DNA from: a virus
Lineage: Duplodnaviria > Caudoviricetes
Virus record (IMG/VR): IMGVR_UViG_3300020414_000008
Span: 116,770 to 180,769 of that record
Reading direction: 5' to 3' (one strand)
DNA: 64,000 nt
Shown: one piece after another, positions 37,918 through 48,500 of the stretch
How the letters are laid out: each line of letters begins with the position of its first letter
Position numbering within the stretch: the first letter of the stretch is position 1
Program-made: the position numbers and the translations under genes
Notes under the pieces: model-generated
What the model saw: only the letters and a program-made list of their open reading frames with translations
What the model was told of the DNA's origin: nothing
The model's database searches: none

Positions 37918-39261
37918 ATGGCATTTTTAAACAACTTCGGATTCGGTGGACCTAACTCATACTTTGACGGTGGATTCAATTCACCGCCAGGTGGATTTCC
38001 TGGCATTAATGGATTTAATGGTATGCCGTTCCTTAATGGTCCAAGAAATGGTGGACAAAACGTAATATCACAAAACCTTCAAAATGGTGGTGGAGCATCA
38101 AACGTATCAGTTACTCCACAGGTAGCACCAAGACCATCTATTTTGAGTCCAACCTCAGGTCAAGGACCAAGTAGTGGAGTAAACGTATCACCAATTGATG
38201 TCATACTAAATGATGATGTCGCAGCAAATGACACTCCAATCGTTCCAGCAGGAGCATATGATTATGGTAGTGGAAAAGTTTATACTGCCTTTACTACTGA
38301 AGATGTAGTAGAAGGTGGTACTAAGAGAGTAACAAGAGGACTATGGTCAGGTGGAAGTGGTGAACTAACTGTATTCCACACATCATCGTTCTTATCAAAT
38401 ACTCAAAAATCATATTACTATGAAGTATATAACGGACTTCCATCAGTATCTACAAACGAACCTCAGTTCTCAGTAGCATACGGACACTACGCAGGTAGTG
38501 GTTCGGCAGGAACAAATGAAGATTCACCTTCATCTGCAATATACTCACAAATGCAACAAGTCTTGTTACCGTCTAACCAAAAATTCTTCAAATGGCAAGA
38601 TAGAAACCAAGATGATATTTACGCAATCGCAATCAACAGAGCTAGACTAAAAGATAGATTAGACCCTGGCAATTGGGAATTGTGTATCTCAGGTTCAGGT
38701 GGTAAAAAACTATTAAGACTAATTGATGATAGTGGTGACACTAACCAAGCAGGTAACGCAAGACAAACTAAATACAATGTAGTATCAGGTTCTCTTACAG
38801 GTGGTATTCAAAACTCAACAGAAATATTTGGTGAAGTTTATCCACAACATGGTATAATCATATTAGGTGCAGCGGCACTTGATGATTCATCATCATTAGG
38901 AACTGTAAGAACTGTAGCAGATAATCAAAACCATAATAGATTGTTTGAAGCAATTAGTGGTTCAGCAGTTGATAGTACATCAAACGGATTCCAAGCAAGA
39001 AACGAAGAAGAAGTTAAATCAACTTTCTACTTTGTTAGAGCTAAGAATGGTGAATATAACTTTAGTAACAACCCGACTTATATTTCAGGTTCAGAGGGTA
39101 GATTGAATCAATCAACTTTCGTTGGTGACCCAAAAACTTATATTACAAGTGTTGGGTTATATAACAATGATAATGAATTACTCGCAATCGCTAAACTTTC
39201 TAAACCAATTTTGAAATCATTCCAAAACGAAGTATTGGTCAAGGTTAAATTAGATTTCTAA
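37918..39261 (+). CDS. virion structural protein
   Basis: C-terminal N.SNNPT..TYITSVGLYN..ELLAIAKLS.P shared with the next gene; low-complexity N-terminus. Confidence 0.75.
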   Translation: MAFLNNFGFGGPNSYFDGGFNSPPGGFPGINGFNGMPFLNGPRNGGQNVISQNLQNGGGASNVSVTPQVAPRPSILSPTSGQGPSSGVNVSPIDVILNDDVAANDTPIVPAGAYDYGSGKVYTAFTTEDVVEGGTKRVTRGLWSGGSGELTVFHTSSFLSNTQKSYYYEVYNGLPSVSTNEPQFSVAYGHYAGSGSAGTNEDSPSSAIYSQMQQVLLPSNQKFFKWQDRNQDDIYAIAINRARLKDRLDPGNWELCISGSGGKKLLRLIDDSGDTNQAGNARQTKYNVVSGSLTGGIQNSTEIFGEVYPQHGIIILGAAALDDSSSLGTVRTVADNQNHNRLFEAISGSAVDSTSNGFQARNEEEVKSTFYFVRAKNGEYNFSNNPTYISGSEGRLNQSTFVGDPKTYITSVGLYNNDNELLAIAKLSKPILKSFQNEVLVKVKLDF

Positions 39262-39277
39262 GAATTAGTGATGAAGT

Positions 39278-41005
39278 ATGGCAAAAGTATTCAAAAGGAT
39301 ATTCAATCAGGGAATAACCACACGTCCCTACAAAGCTCATAAAAGATATGAGGTAACGGATGTAAACTATTCGTCATCATTCGAGATATCTACTTTTAGA
39401 GCAATATCCCCATTTAATACTAAGTTAGAAGTTTCTAAATCAAAACACCAAGGTATTGAATATGATACTACTATCCTAACAGGTTCAGGTGCAATTTCAA
39501 GAGACTTAAATAAAGTTCCACAGAAAATTATGTGGAGTACACTTAACTCAGTATGTTTTAAGGATTATGGGGATAAACATTTATATCCAACAGCATCAAT
39601 TGTTTCGATACCACAAAATAAATTTGGTTTAGGAATCAAACCTGAATCAGTAACTATCTCAGACTTTTCAAGAGCAGCAGGTTCTGCTTCATTACACCTA
39701 AGTGAATCAAAGTTTGATAATAACTGTGGTGTTTTATATGATACAGCAATAGACCACACTAAATTTGTAGATGACAAATATTTAAAATTCTATTTAGGAT
39801 TTAATAAGTATCCACACAATACAATCTATAAAATTCAAAAAGACGAAGGACCATTTGGTAATAATCTTGAATGTAAAAATGTAACCATAGTAAATGGAAT
39901 AGATACAACAGGTGAAGCAACAGCAAGTGGTTATGGTGGATTCTTACAAACATCATCATCACTTTACATACCTGCCGCAGGTAGTAATACCGACTTCTTT
40001 AATTCATTTGAAAATTGGTCGATATCAACATGGATTAAACTACCACCAAGTCAATCTATGTTAGAAAGAAATAATAATATAATATTAGCAAAAGCAGGTC
40101 AAGAATATAATCCATATCTTGATTACAATCCAAGTTCAATACAACGAGGAAACGTTTTCGGTTCAAGACAAATCATTGACCCACCTGCATATCCATTTAA
40201 AATAAGTGTATATAATCAATTAGCGGGAGAGTTAAATGGTAAATTACAATTCCAATTTTTTGATGGAAGAGAAAATAAAAGAAGTCAACTCATAGTAACC
40301 TCATCAAAGGTTAATGACAATCAATGGCATAATATTATTGTAAATCATACAGGTGGACAAAATGGTGGGACTATGAAATTCTACGTTGACGGAGTTCAAC
40401 TTGATGATTTTGCCGCTACTCATGTTAGGAGACCAATCGGTAATGAACAAGATGTAATGATAATGTGTAGAAACGGAATGGGTGATACAGGTACAAGTGG
40501 TTCAATAGATGAAGTTAGATTCTATAACACAAACCTTACAGCAGATAATATTTCATCACTGAGTAACAATCATGTAATCAGTGGTTCAGCATATCAAACA
40601 AGAAACGTTGGATATACATTTTATGAAAAGGGATTAATAGTAGTAACAGACCCAAGACCAAAATATCAAAATTGTTTTTTGGGTGATGGTGACTTTAACT
40701 ACACAGGAAAAGGTTTTGAGTTCACATACAACTCTACTAAAAAAATAGAACAACAATCAATCCTATGTGAAATAGGAAGAGGTGAGTTTAACGTCTCACA
40801 AAATAATACATTAAGACTAACAGGTGACGAAAGTGGTCATGTACTAAGAGACTTTGTTACGGGGTCTGCGTTTAGACCATATATAACATCCATAGGATTA
40901 TATAACAATGAAGGTGAATTACTTGCGATTGGTAAGATGGGTTCACCAATGAAGAAAAGACAGGATGTTGATGTAACAGTTGATGTTAGATTAGATTTTG
41001 AATAG
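39278..41005 (+). CDS. virion structural protein with LamG domain
   Basis: SISTWIK, NDNQWHNI, FYVDG, GSIDEVRFYN; C-terminal PYITSIGLYN..ELLAIGK paralogous to 37918. Confidence 0.8.
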   Translation: MAKVFKRIFNQGITTRPYKAHKRYEVTDVNYSSSFEISTFRAISPFNTKLEVSKSKHQGIEYDTTILTGSGAISRDLNKVPQKIMWSTLNSVCFKDYGDKHLYPTASIVSIPQNKFGLGIKPESVTISDFSRAAGSASLHLSESKFDNNCGVLYDTAIDHTKFVDDKYLKFYLGFNKYPHNTIYKIQKDEGPFGNNLECKNVTIVNGIDTTGEATASGYGGFLQTSSSLYIPAAGSNTDFFNSFENWSISTWIKLPPSQSMLERNNNIILAKAGQEYNPYLDYNPSSIQRGNVFGSRQIIDPPAYPFKISVYNQLAGELNGKLQFQFFDGRENKRSQLIVTSSKVNDNQWHNIIVNHTGGQNGGTMKFYVDGVQLDDFAATHVRRPIGNEQDVMIMCRNGMGDTGTSGSIDEVRFYNTNLTADNISSLSNNHVISGSAYQTRNVGYTFYEKGLIVVTDPRPKYQNCFLGDGDFNYTGKGFEFTYNSTKKIEQQSILCEIGRGEFNVSQNNTLRLTGDESGHVLRDFVTGSAFRPYITSIGLYNNEGELLAIGKMGSPMKKRQDVDVTVDVRLDFE

Positions 41006-41007
41006 TT

Positions 41008-41442
41008 ATGAATAAAAAAGGAAATTGGTCCCACATCCAAAAAATGAAGGGACACAAAAGTGGGTTGGAAACTCGTATAGATGAACAACTCAAACAACAA
41101 GGAATTGACGGTGAATATGAACAACACGAAGTATCATATACAGTACCAGCAACACACCACACTTACAAACCCGATTTCAAATTACCAAACGGTATCTACA
41201 TTGAATCAAAGGGTTGGTTTTTACCCGAGGACAGAAAGAAACATTTACTCATCAGAGAACAGAATCCTGAGATGGATTTACGATTTGTTTTACAGTCCCC
41301 AAACGGTAAAATATACAAAGGTTCTAAAACTACTTACGCTCAATGGTGTGAGAAGAATGGTTTCAAATGGGCTAAAAAAGAAATACCCCAAGAATGGATT
41401 GAGGAAAAACAAAAGGAAAATTTCTTTGATTATTCAAAATAA
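41008..41442 (+). CDS. T7 endonuclease I-like Holliday junction resolvase
   Basis: KSGLE, YKPDFKLPNGIYIESKG, DRKKHLLI, SKTTYAQWC. Confidence 0.9.
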   Translation: MNKKGNWSHIQKMKGHKSGLETRIDEQLKQQGIDGEYEQHEVSYTVPATHHTYKPDFKLPNGIYIESKGWFLPEDRKKHLLIREQNPEMDLRFVLQSPNGKIYKGSKTTYAQWCEKNGFKWAKKEIPQEWIEEKQKENFFDYSK

Positions 41443-41455
41443 TTTTGTATATTAG
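41425..41455 (+). promoter_or_regulatory. host-RNAP-type promoter for primase and Mre11-Rad50
   Basis: TTTGA-N18-TATATTAG. Confidence 0.55.
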
Positions 41456-41471
41456 TGTAAGTTTATACTAA

Positions 41472-42404
41472 ATGGAAGATAGATTACTTGAATTATTGGA
41501 GTCTGTTCTTGGTAAATCCAAGAAAACATCGGGTGATAATTATGCCTTTTATTCCCCGTTTGTAGACCACTATAAACCTAAGTTAGAAGTAAATATTAGA
41601 ATTACTTCTGATGGAAAGAATCCATGGCATTGTTGGATATCTGACGAAAAGGGTAGAACAATAAAAACCCTTTTTAAAAAACTTCGTGTATCTAAACAAA
41701 CTTGGGATGAGTATAATAGTATATTCAGTAGAATAAACCGTTACGTTCATTCCGATAATCAGATACAGGTAAATCAAGTTGAACTTCCAAAAGAATTTAA
41801 ACCACTTTACAAAAAATCAAACTCGTTTAAGTACAAACACGCTCTTAACTATTTGTTAAAACGTGGACTTAGACCTGAGGATATTGTGAAATATAATATA
41901 GGATATTGTGAAACAGGAGAATATGAAGATAAAATTATTATACCATCTTATGACGATGATGGAAAACTAAACTTTTTTGTTGGTAGGTCATTCTATCAAT
42001 CAAAATACAAACACAAAAATCCAAAGGTATCTAAAGACATTGTAGGGTTTGACCTTTTAGTGAATTGGGATATACCATTGGTTTTATGTGAAGGAGCATT
42101 TGACGCAATAGCAATACGAAGAAATGCAGTTCCATTGTTTGGAAAAAGTATACAATCAAAATTAGAGAAGAAAATAATTGGAAATTCGGTAAAAAAGTTG
42201 TATATTGTATTAGATTCGGATGCTATATCTAACGCAATAGGTCTGTCCAAGAAGTTTATGTCCTACGGGATTCAGACTCATTTGGTAGACTTAGGTGATG
42301 AGGACCCATCTGAAATGGGATATGAACGTATAAACCAAAAAATTTATGATACACCACCACTTGATTTAAGAAAGTTAATGGAGTATCAACTATTTAACGT
42401 ATGA
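41472..42404 (+). CDS. DNA primase (TOPRIM, degenerate zinc-binding domain)
   Basis: WHCW, YLLKRG, IIIP, LCEGAFD, LDSD, DP. Confidence 0.85.
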   Translation: MEDRLLELLESVLGKSKKTSGDNYAFYSPFVDHYKPKLEVNIRITSDGKNPWHCWISDEKGRTIKTLFKKLRVSKQTWDEYNSIFSRINRYVHSDNQIQVNQVELPKEFKPLYKKSNSFKYKHALNYLLKRGLRPEDIVKYNIGYCETGEYEDKIIIPSYDDDGKLNFFVGRSFYQSKYKHKNPKVSKDIVGFDLLVNWDIPLVLCEGAFDAIAIRRNAVPLFGKSIQSKLEKKIIGNSVKKLYIVLDSDAISNAIGLSKKFMSYGIQTHLVDLGDEDPSEMGYERINQKIYDTPPLDLRKLMEYQLFNV

Positions 42405-45400
42405 GAAGAATAAAGTATATCGATGTCGGTGTGTCCGATATCGGAAAGATATATCACATCGCAGATGTGCATATCAGAAACCTTCAACGACACAAAGAAT
42501 ACCGTGAGGTATTTTCCAACCTTTATGGATACATCTTATCCACAATGAGGGAAAATGACATCATTTATATCGCAGGTGATATCGTACACGCAAAAACTGA
42601 TATGTCACCTGAGGTTGTTGATTTAACTCAAGAATTTTTATGTAAGTTATCAGACTTACTACCAACTATCGTAATTCCTGGCAATCACGACGCAAATCTA
42701 AACAATACTTCAAGATTGGACGCTCTTAGTCCTATCATAAAAGCATTAGACCACCCAAACTTACACTATGTAAAAGATACAGGTGCAGTTGGAATCGGTG
42801 GTTACACGTTTGTACACAAATCAATATGGGATAAGTCAGAAGGATTCCCACCTGCTACAGACTACAAGAAAAACAATGGACGAATTGCAATGTTACACGG
42901 TCCTGTTGATAACATTGAAACTGAACACGGATTTGTAATACAGAATCAAAATGTAAAAGTATCACACTTTGAAAATTATGATTTAGTATTGTTAGGTGAT
43001 ATCCATAAACCAAACAACGAGGTAATGGGTAAATCACATATCAAATATTCTGGCTCATTGATAGTTCAAAATCACGGTGAAGCTAAATATCCTATTCACG
43101 GTATCTTAGTTTGGGATATGAAAAATCTAAAAAGTGAATTTGTTCCAATACACAATGATTATGGATATGTGACTGTTGATATTGAAAATGGTAAAATAGT
43201 ATCTGACAATTATATGCCTAATAAACCAAGAGTTAGGGTAAGAGTAAAAGATACTAAGACTTCACAACTTAATAGATTAATCGCAAAGATTAAAAAACAA
43301 GCACAAGTACAAGAACTAACTGTACAAAAAGTTTTAACTCGTAAAAGAGATGTAGAACATCAATCAATAGTATTACAAAATGTAAGAGATACAGGTTTTC
43401 AAAATAAACTTATCGAAGAATATTTAGAAGAAACAGAACACCTTACAAAAGAACAACTAAGTGTAGTTACCAATATCAATAAAGATATAAATGATAAACT
43501 TGGAAAACCAAATATTGTAAGTAACTCAACGTGGATTCCAAAACGATTTGAGTTTTCTAATATGTTCTCATATGGAACTAACAATGTAATTGACTTTACA
43601 AATATGAAAGGTGCATATGGAATCTTTGCACCAAACGCAAGTGGTAAGTCAACTTTATGGGACGCATTATCATTTTGTATGTTTGACAAGTGTTCAAGAA
43701 CAATCAGAGCAGAAGATGTAATGAATTACTCTAAAATGAATTTTGATTGTAAGTTTGAATTCGAGTTAAATGGTGTTGAATATTTCATAGAAAGAAAAGC
43801 AAAGAAAAGTCCAAAAAGAGGAACTGTAAAAGTTGACGTTGATTTCTATAGAATGATTGATGGACAAAAAGAATCATTGAATGGTGAACAACGTAGAGAG
43901 ACAAACGCAATAATTAGAAACTACATTGGAACATATGAAGATTTTGTTTTAACAGCAATGTCAACACAATCTAATAACAGTGGGTTTATAGAAAAATCTC
44001 AAAAGGAAAGAAAAGAATTATTAGCACAGTTTTTGGATATGGATATATTCGAAGATTTATATCATCTCGCAAGTGAAGAGATTAGAGAACTAAATACTTT
44101 ACTTAGAGAATATAAAAAACAAGACTTTCCTACAAAACTAATTGAAGCAGAAAATACACTATCAAGTATCACGGGTTCGTTGGATGAATTACAATCTAAA
44201 AAAGATGAACTAAATCTTAAATTAGAAAATACTAATACTAAGATAGAGTTTGAAATGAGAAAACTAAAACCTGTTGAGGATATTGGTAATGTAGATGATA
44301 TCTCAAAAGAACTAAAAGATTTAGAATTAGTTCGGGATACTCAAAACAAAGAGTGTGACCACAATCTTTCAGAACTTAAAAATATCGAAGTATCTAAAAA
44401 CGATATAGAAGGTAAACTTAAAACCTTAGATATTAAAGACTTAAAAAAGAAAGATACTAAGTTTAATAGATTAGATAAAAAGTTCAACGAGTTAGATAAT
44501 AAGATGGAAAACATCAATGTAGAAATAACTCATAAAAAAGATACCTTAGAAGGAATCGGTCAATTAACTTTCGATGATGATTGTGAACATTGTGTGCAGA
44601 ACAAGAATACTCCTATTGTAAAAAAGGCAGATAAATTACAAAAAGACATAGAAGGTCTACAGAAGAGTTTTAAAGACCTTTTAGAGAAGAAAGTTAAACT
44701 TATTGATGAAAGAGATAGTTTTAACGTTAAAAACGATTTAAAAGACTTTGACACCCTTACTAAACAACAGATAGATTTAGAGAAGGAATGGTTAACTGCG
44801 TCTAAGATTTACGAGTCGTGTATACAAGACGTTAGAGATTTAGATATACAGTTAAAAGAACTAAAGTCTAAACTTCAGAAAGCAAAGAACCAAGAACAAG
44901 CAGTTAAGCATAACAAGCAGGTAAACGAAAAGATAAAATCTTTTAAACTCACACGAGATTCTATAAAAGAGAAGATAGATGAGGTTGGTGGTGAAATGAT
45001 GACTGTCAACTCTGAGATTACATTAGCAGAAAATTCCATACAACAAGTTAACGAGTCAATCGAGAAACTTCGTGAAATGGAAATCAAATATGACGGATAC
45101 GAATATTACATTAAATGTGTTAGACGAGATGGAATCCCATATCAATTAATATCCGAAGTATTACCAAAATTAGAAATAGAGATAAACAATATACTATCAC
45201 CAATAGTAGACTTCCAAGTGTTATTGAATACGGATGGTAGAAATATCAACTCATACATTGCATACGGAAGTGATGAATATTGGCCTCTCGAATTAACAAG
45301 TGGTATGGAAAAATTCATATCATCAATAGCAATTAGAACAGCATTAATAAATGTATCAAACCTACCAAGACCAAACTTCATAGCCATTGACGAAGGGTTC

Positions 45401-45571
45401 GGTTCACTTGATACTGAGAACTTTAATTCTCTATATTTATTATTTGATTACCTTAAAACACAATTTGATTTTATTATCACAATATCTCATATTGACAAGA
45501 CACGAGATATGGTTGACCAAATAATAGATATCAGCAAAGTGCGCGGGTTCTCAAAAGTTTCATATTTATAG
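42401..45571 (+). CDS. fused Mre11/SbcD nuclease - Rad50/SbcC ATPase
   Basis: HIADVH, AGD, PGNHD, LGDIH then NASGKS, CEHC zinc hook, SGME signature, IDEGFGSLD, ISH. Confidence 0.92.
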   Translation: MRRIKYIDVGVSDIGKIYHIADVHIRNLQRHKEYREVFSNLYGYILSTMRENDIIYIAGDIVHAKTDMSPEVVDLTQEFLCKLSDLLPTIVIPGNHDANLNNTSRLDALSPIIKALDHPNLHYVKDTGAVGIGGYTFVHKSIWDKSEGFPPATDYKKNNGRIAMLHGPVDNIETEHGFVIQNQNVKVSHFENYDLVLLGDIHKPNNEVMGKSHIKYSGSLIVQNHGEAKYPIHGILVWDMKNLKSEFVPIHNDYGYVTVDIENGKIVSDNYMPNKPRVRVRVKDTKTSQLNRLIAKIKKQAQVQELTVQKVLTRKRDVEHQSIVLQNVRDTGFQNKLIEEYLEETEHLTKEQLSVVTNINKDINDKLGKPNIVSNSTWIPKRFEFSNMFSYGTNNVIDFTNMKGAYGIFAPNASGKSTLWDALSFCMFDKCSRTIRAEDVMNYSKMNFDCKFEFELNGVEYFIERKAKKSPKRGTVKVDVDFYRMIDGQKESLNGEQRRETNAIIRNYIGTYEDFVLTAMSTQSNNSGFIEKSQKERKELLAQFLDMDIFEDLYHLASEEIRELNTLLREYKKQDFPTKLIEAENTLSSITGSLDELQSKKDELNLKLENTNTKIEFEMRKLKPVEDIGNVDDISKELKDLELVRDTQNKECDHNLSELKNIEVSKNDIEGKLKTLDIKDLKKKDTKFNRLDKKFNELDNKMENINVEITHKKDTLEGIGQLTFDDDCEHCVQNKNTPIVKKADKLQKDIEGLQKSFKDLLEKKVKLIDERDSFNVKNDLKDFDTLTKQQIDLEKEWLTASKIYESCIQDVRDLDIQLKELKSKLQKAKNQEQAVKHNKQVNEKIKSFKLTRDSIKEKIDEVGGEMMTVNSEITLAENSIQQVNESIEKLREMEIKYDGYEYYIKCVRRDGIPYQLISEVLPKLEIEINNILSPIVDFQVLLNTDGRNINSYIAYGSDEYWPLELTSGMEKFISSIAIRTALINVSNLPRPNFIAIDEGFGSLDTENFNSLYLLFDYLKTQFDFIITISHIDKTRDMVDQIIDISKVRGFSKVSYL

Positions 45572-45590
45572 TTATATATGGAGTCTATGA

Positions 45591-48500
45591 ATGGCATTAG
45601 AATACAAAAGAAGAGGTAAACAGAACTTAGATAAGGTCAGAGCACAAATAGAAGACCGAAGTCCAAACTCTGAAAATTACTTTAACATAACTGAAATTCC
45701 ACCCTATTTAGGGCCTGGAAAAAATTCGATTAGATTAAAAGTTTCTAACAAAGATACTCTTGCGCCTAAATCACAAATTAGAATAGAGGTAAAAGACTCC
45801 AAGGGTAATCCAATATATCACGAAGTTCCAAATCTAAAATCATCCGATGGTTCTATACTCATTACTATATGGGTTTATACTGATAGAGAGAACTCAAAAG
45901 AAAATACAGCAAGTGGTCCTGCTACAATCACAATCGTTGGTTTAGCAAGAGCAACAGTTGGAAGTGGTAGTGGAGTAGGTAGTGGACGAGGTAGTGGAAG
46001 AGGTCGTGGTATAACAAACGAAAAGGTAGTTAAGTGGACTAAAACAATTCCTGTAAGAATTGATACGAAGTCTTCTTCAAAAATTGTATTTCAAAAACCA
46101 AACCTACCAACAGGAACAGTATCGTCAAGTTTAGTACCTTTCAAAACATTCTCAAGAGTAGTAGCAGGTAATGACCCACTTGGATTAGGAGTTGGGTCAG
46201 GAACAGGTACGGGTCCTGTAGTCACAGAGTTAGTAAGTTTACTTCCCTTAACGTGGTCACAAGTTACCACGGACACTCAGCCAGGTGGTGATGTGTTCAA
46301 ATCTGTAGCAGGTAATGGTGCAAGTACTTTAGGTGCTCAAAATGCAAACGGTGGGTTTAGACAAATAAACTTTGGTACGGGTAATGGAATGCAAGGAGTA
46401 CTCCTTAATGTAAGTAAAAGTATAAATAACTCTGATGACGCACAATACATTCTTAGAATAAACCATTCAACAGACCCAACTAATAGTGCAAACCGATTTA
46501 AAGAATATAAAATAACAGAAGTAACAAAAACTGCGGCTGGGAGTAGTTTTAACTTTAGAGTTAAAGTATCATCATTCCATTCAGGTTCATTGTCACCTTT
46601 ATCAGGATTTGTAAATGATTCGGTTAGTCCTGTAACGATTAAAAGAAAAGCAACGCCAGGTTTAGTAAAAACAAAAGATGTAATAAACACAAAGTATATC
46701 GCATCAAATTTCGGTAGTGATTCAAGACTCCAAAGAAATACAGGAGACTCACTTTCATTTAATGGTGAAATGATTGATGGTGAAGCAAGACTTGATTTAT
46801 CAAATGTAAGATTATATCCTGAACAAAGAGGAGTTACACAACCAACTTCTCATACAGCAAGTATTTTAAATGTAACAGGAAGTGACATTATACAATTAGA
46901 TACTAAGATATCGGGTAGTAATAATCATACATTCAAATATTCTGATGATTTTACAATACCGACTACTATAGTTTATTTTTCATCAGCATCAAGAGGTGAC
47001 TCAGAAAACCTATCAACAAAAGGTACAATTACATTACCAAGTATAAAACCAATATCGGGTGAAGTAAATGAAGTTAGAACCTCTGTAAAATCAAAAGGGT
47101 TAGATACTGACTTTGAGGTGTTAGGTAATAACACGGTAACAACAGATACTAATTTTAGTTACAGTATAACAATACCATCAAAACACATTGGTGACCCAAA
47201 AACATTAAAAATAGAATTTGTAAATGTATTAGGTGAGGTATCGGAACAATTCGTTTTAATAGAAGACGTTGTATTTCCTGGCTCAAATACATTCATAGGT
47301 GGTAAAGGGTCTCTTATATCGGGGTCAATCTTTATATCAAACGCACTCGGGTCGGGTATTGAGTTGGGTGGAGCAAGTAGTGGTTTCATCAAATCAGTTG
47401 GATTCGAAGGACAAACATCAGCATCGTTAGGTAAGGGGCCTGGTGGATTTATATTCTACTCGGGTAGTGGAAACCTAACTCTTGGTGTAGATAATTTAGA
47501 TGGTGTCGGTTTACAATTAATTGGTGACAATGACGATAGACACTTTATATTTACCACTGACAATGGTGGTTTATTAGATGTTAAAACTGATAAGTTCTTT
47601 ATTGGTACAACAGGGTCACAATTTATTAGTGGTGCAAATCAAAACATTGAAATCAGTTCATCACTATTCCATTTAGACCCACAAAACGAATCACTCGTAA
47701 TTGGTGCAGACGCAACCATTCTCGCAGGTTTAACGGTAAATAGTTTAAGAACACCTGCTACAGTAAACGGAGCACCTGCTACTAAAACAAACTCATCATC
47801 ATCTATTGACGCAGACGGATTCGCAAGATTCGTATCAGCATCCATAGCAGGATTTACAGTCAATACAGAAGAAATTAAATCATCTGATAATGCTTTAAGA
47901 TTAAAAGCAGCGGGTGACATAACAGCGTCAAGAGTATTACTACAAGGTGGTACGATTACAGACGGTGTAACAATATTAGGTTCCGTTACAGCAAACAGTA
48001 TCAGAACTCCTGCTACAATTGCAGGTAATCCATCAACTGAAACAAACTCATCATCGTCTATTAGACCTGATGGTTTCGCAAGATTTGTATCTGCAAGTAT
48101 TGGTGGATGGGACATTACTACAAACTCAATCGAGGGTGGTAATTTGATAATGAAACCTCAGGGTATTTTACAAACAAAGGATTACGCGTCAAACTTAAAA
48201 GGATGGATTATATCATCTGAAAATAATGGATTCGCAGAATTTGAGAATGTAAAGATTAGAGGTACTTTATCAACAACGACATTTGAAAAAGAATCAGTAA
48301 ACGCAGTTGGTGGTCAACTGTGGGTAGCTAACTCAACAGCAATTACAGGGTCATCAGTTGGTACAACCGACACGACCATGTCAGTTGGAAACGCAAGTGG
48401 ATTCGCACAAAACGAAATATTATTAATAAAGAAAGTATCCGATACAGGATTCACTACTGAATATGTTTTAGTTCAATCATCGTCAATAGATGGTGATAGT

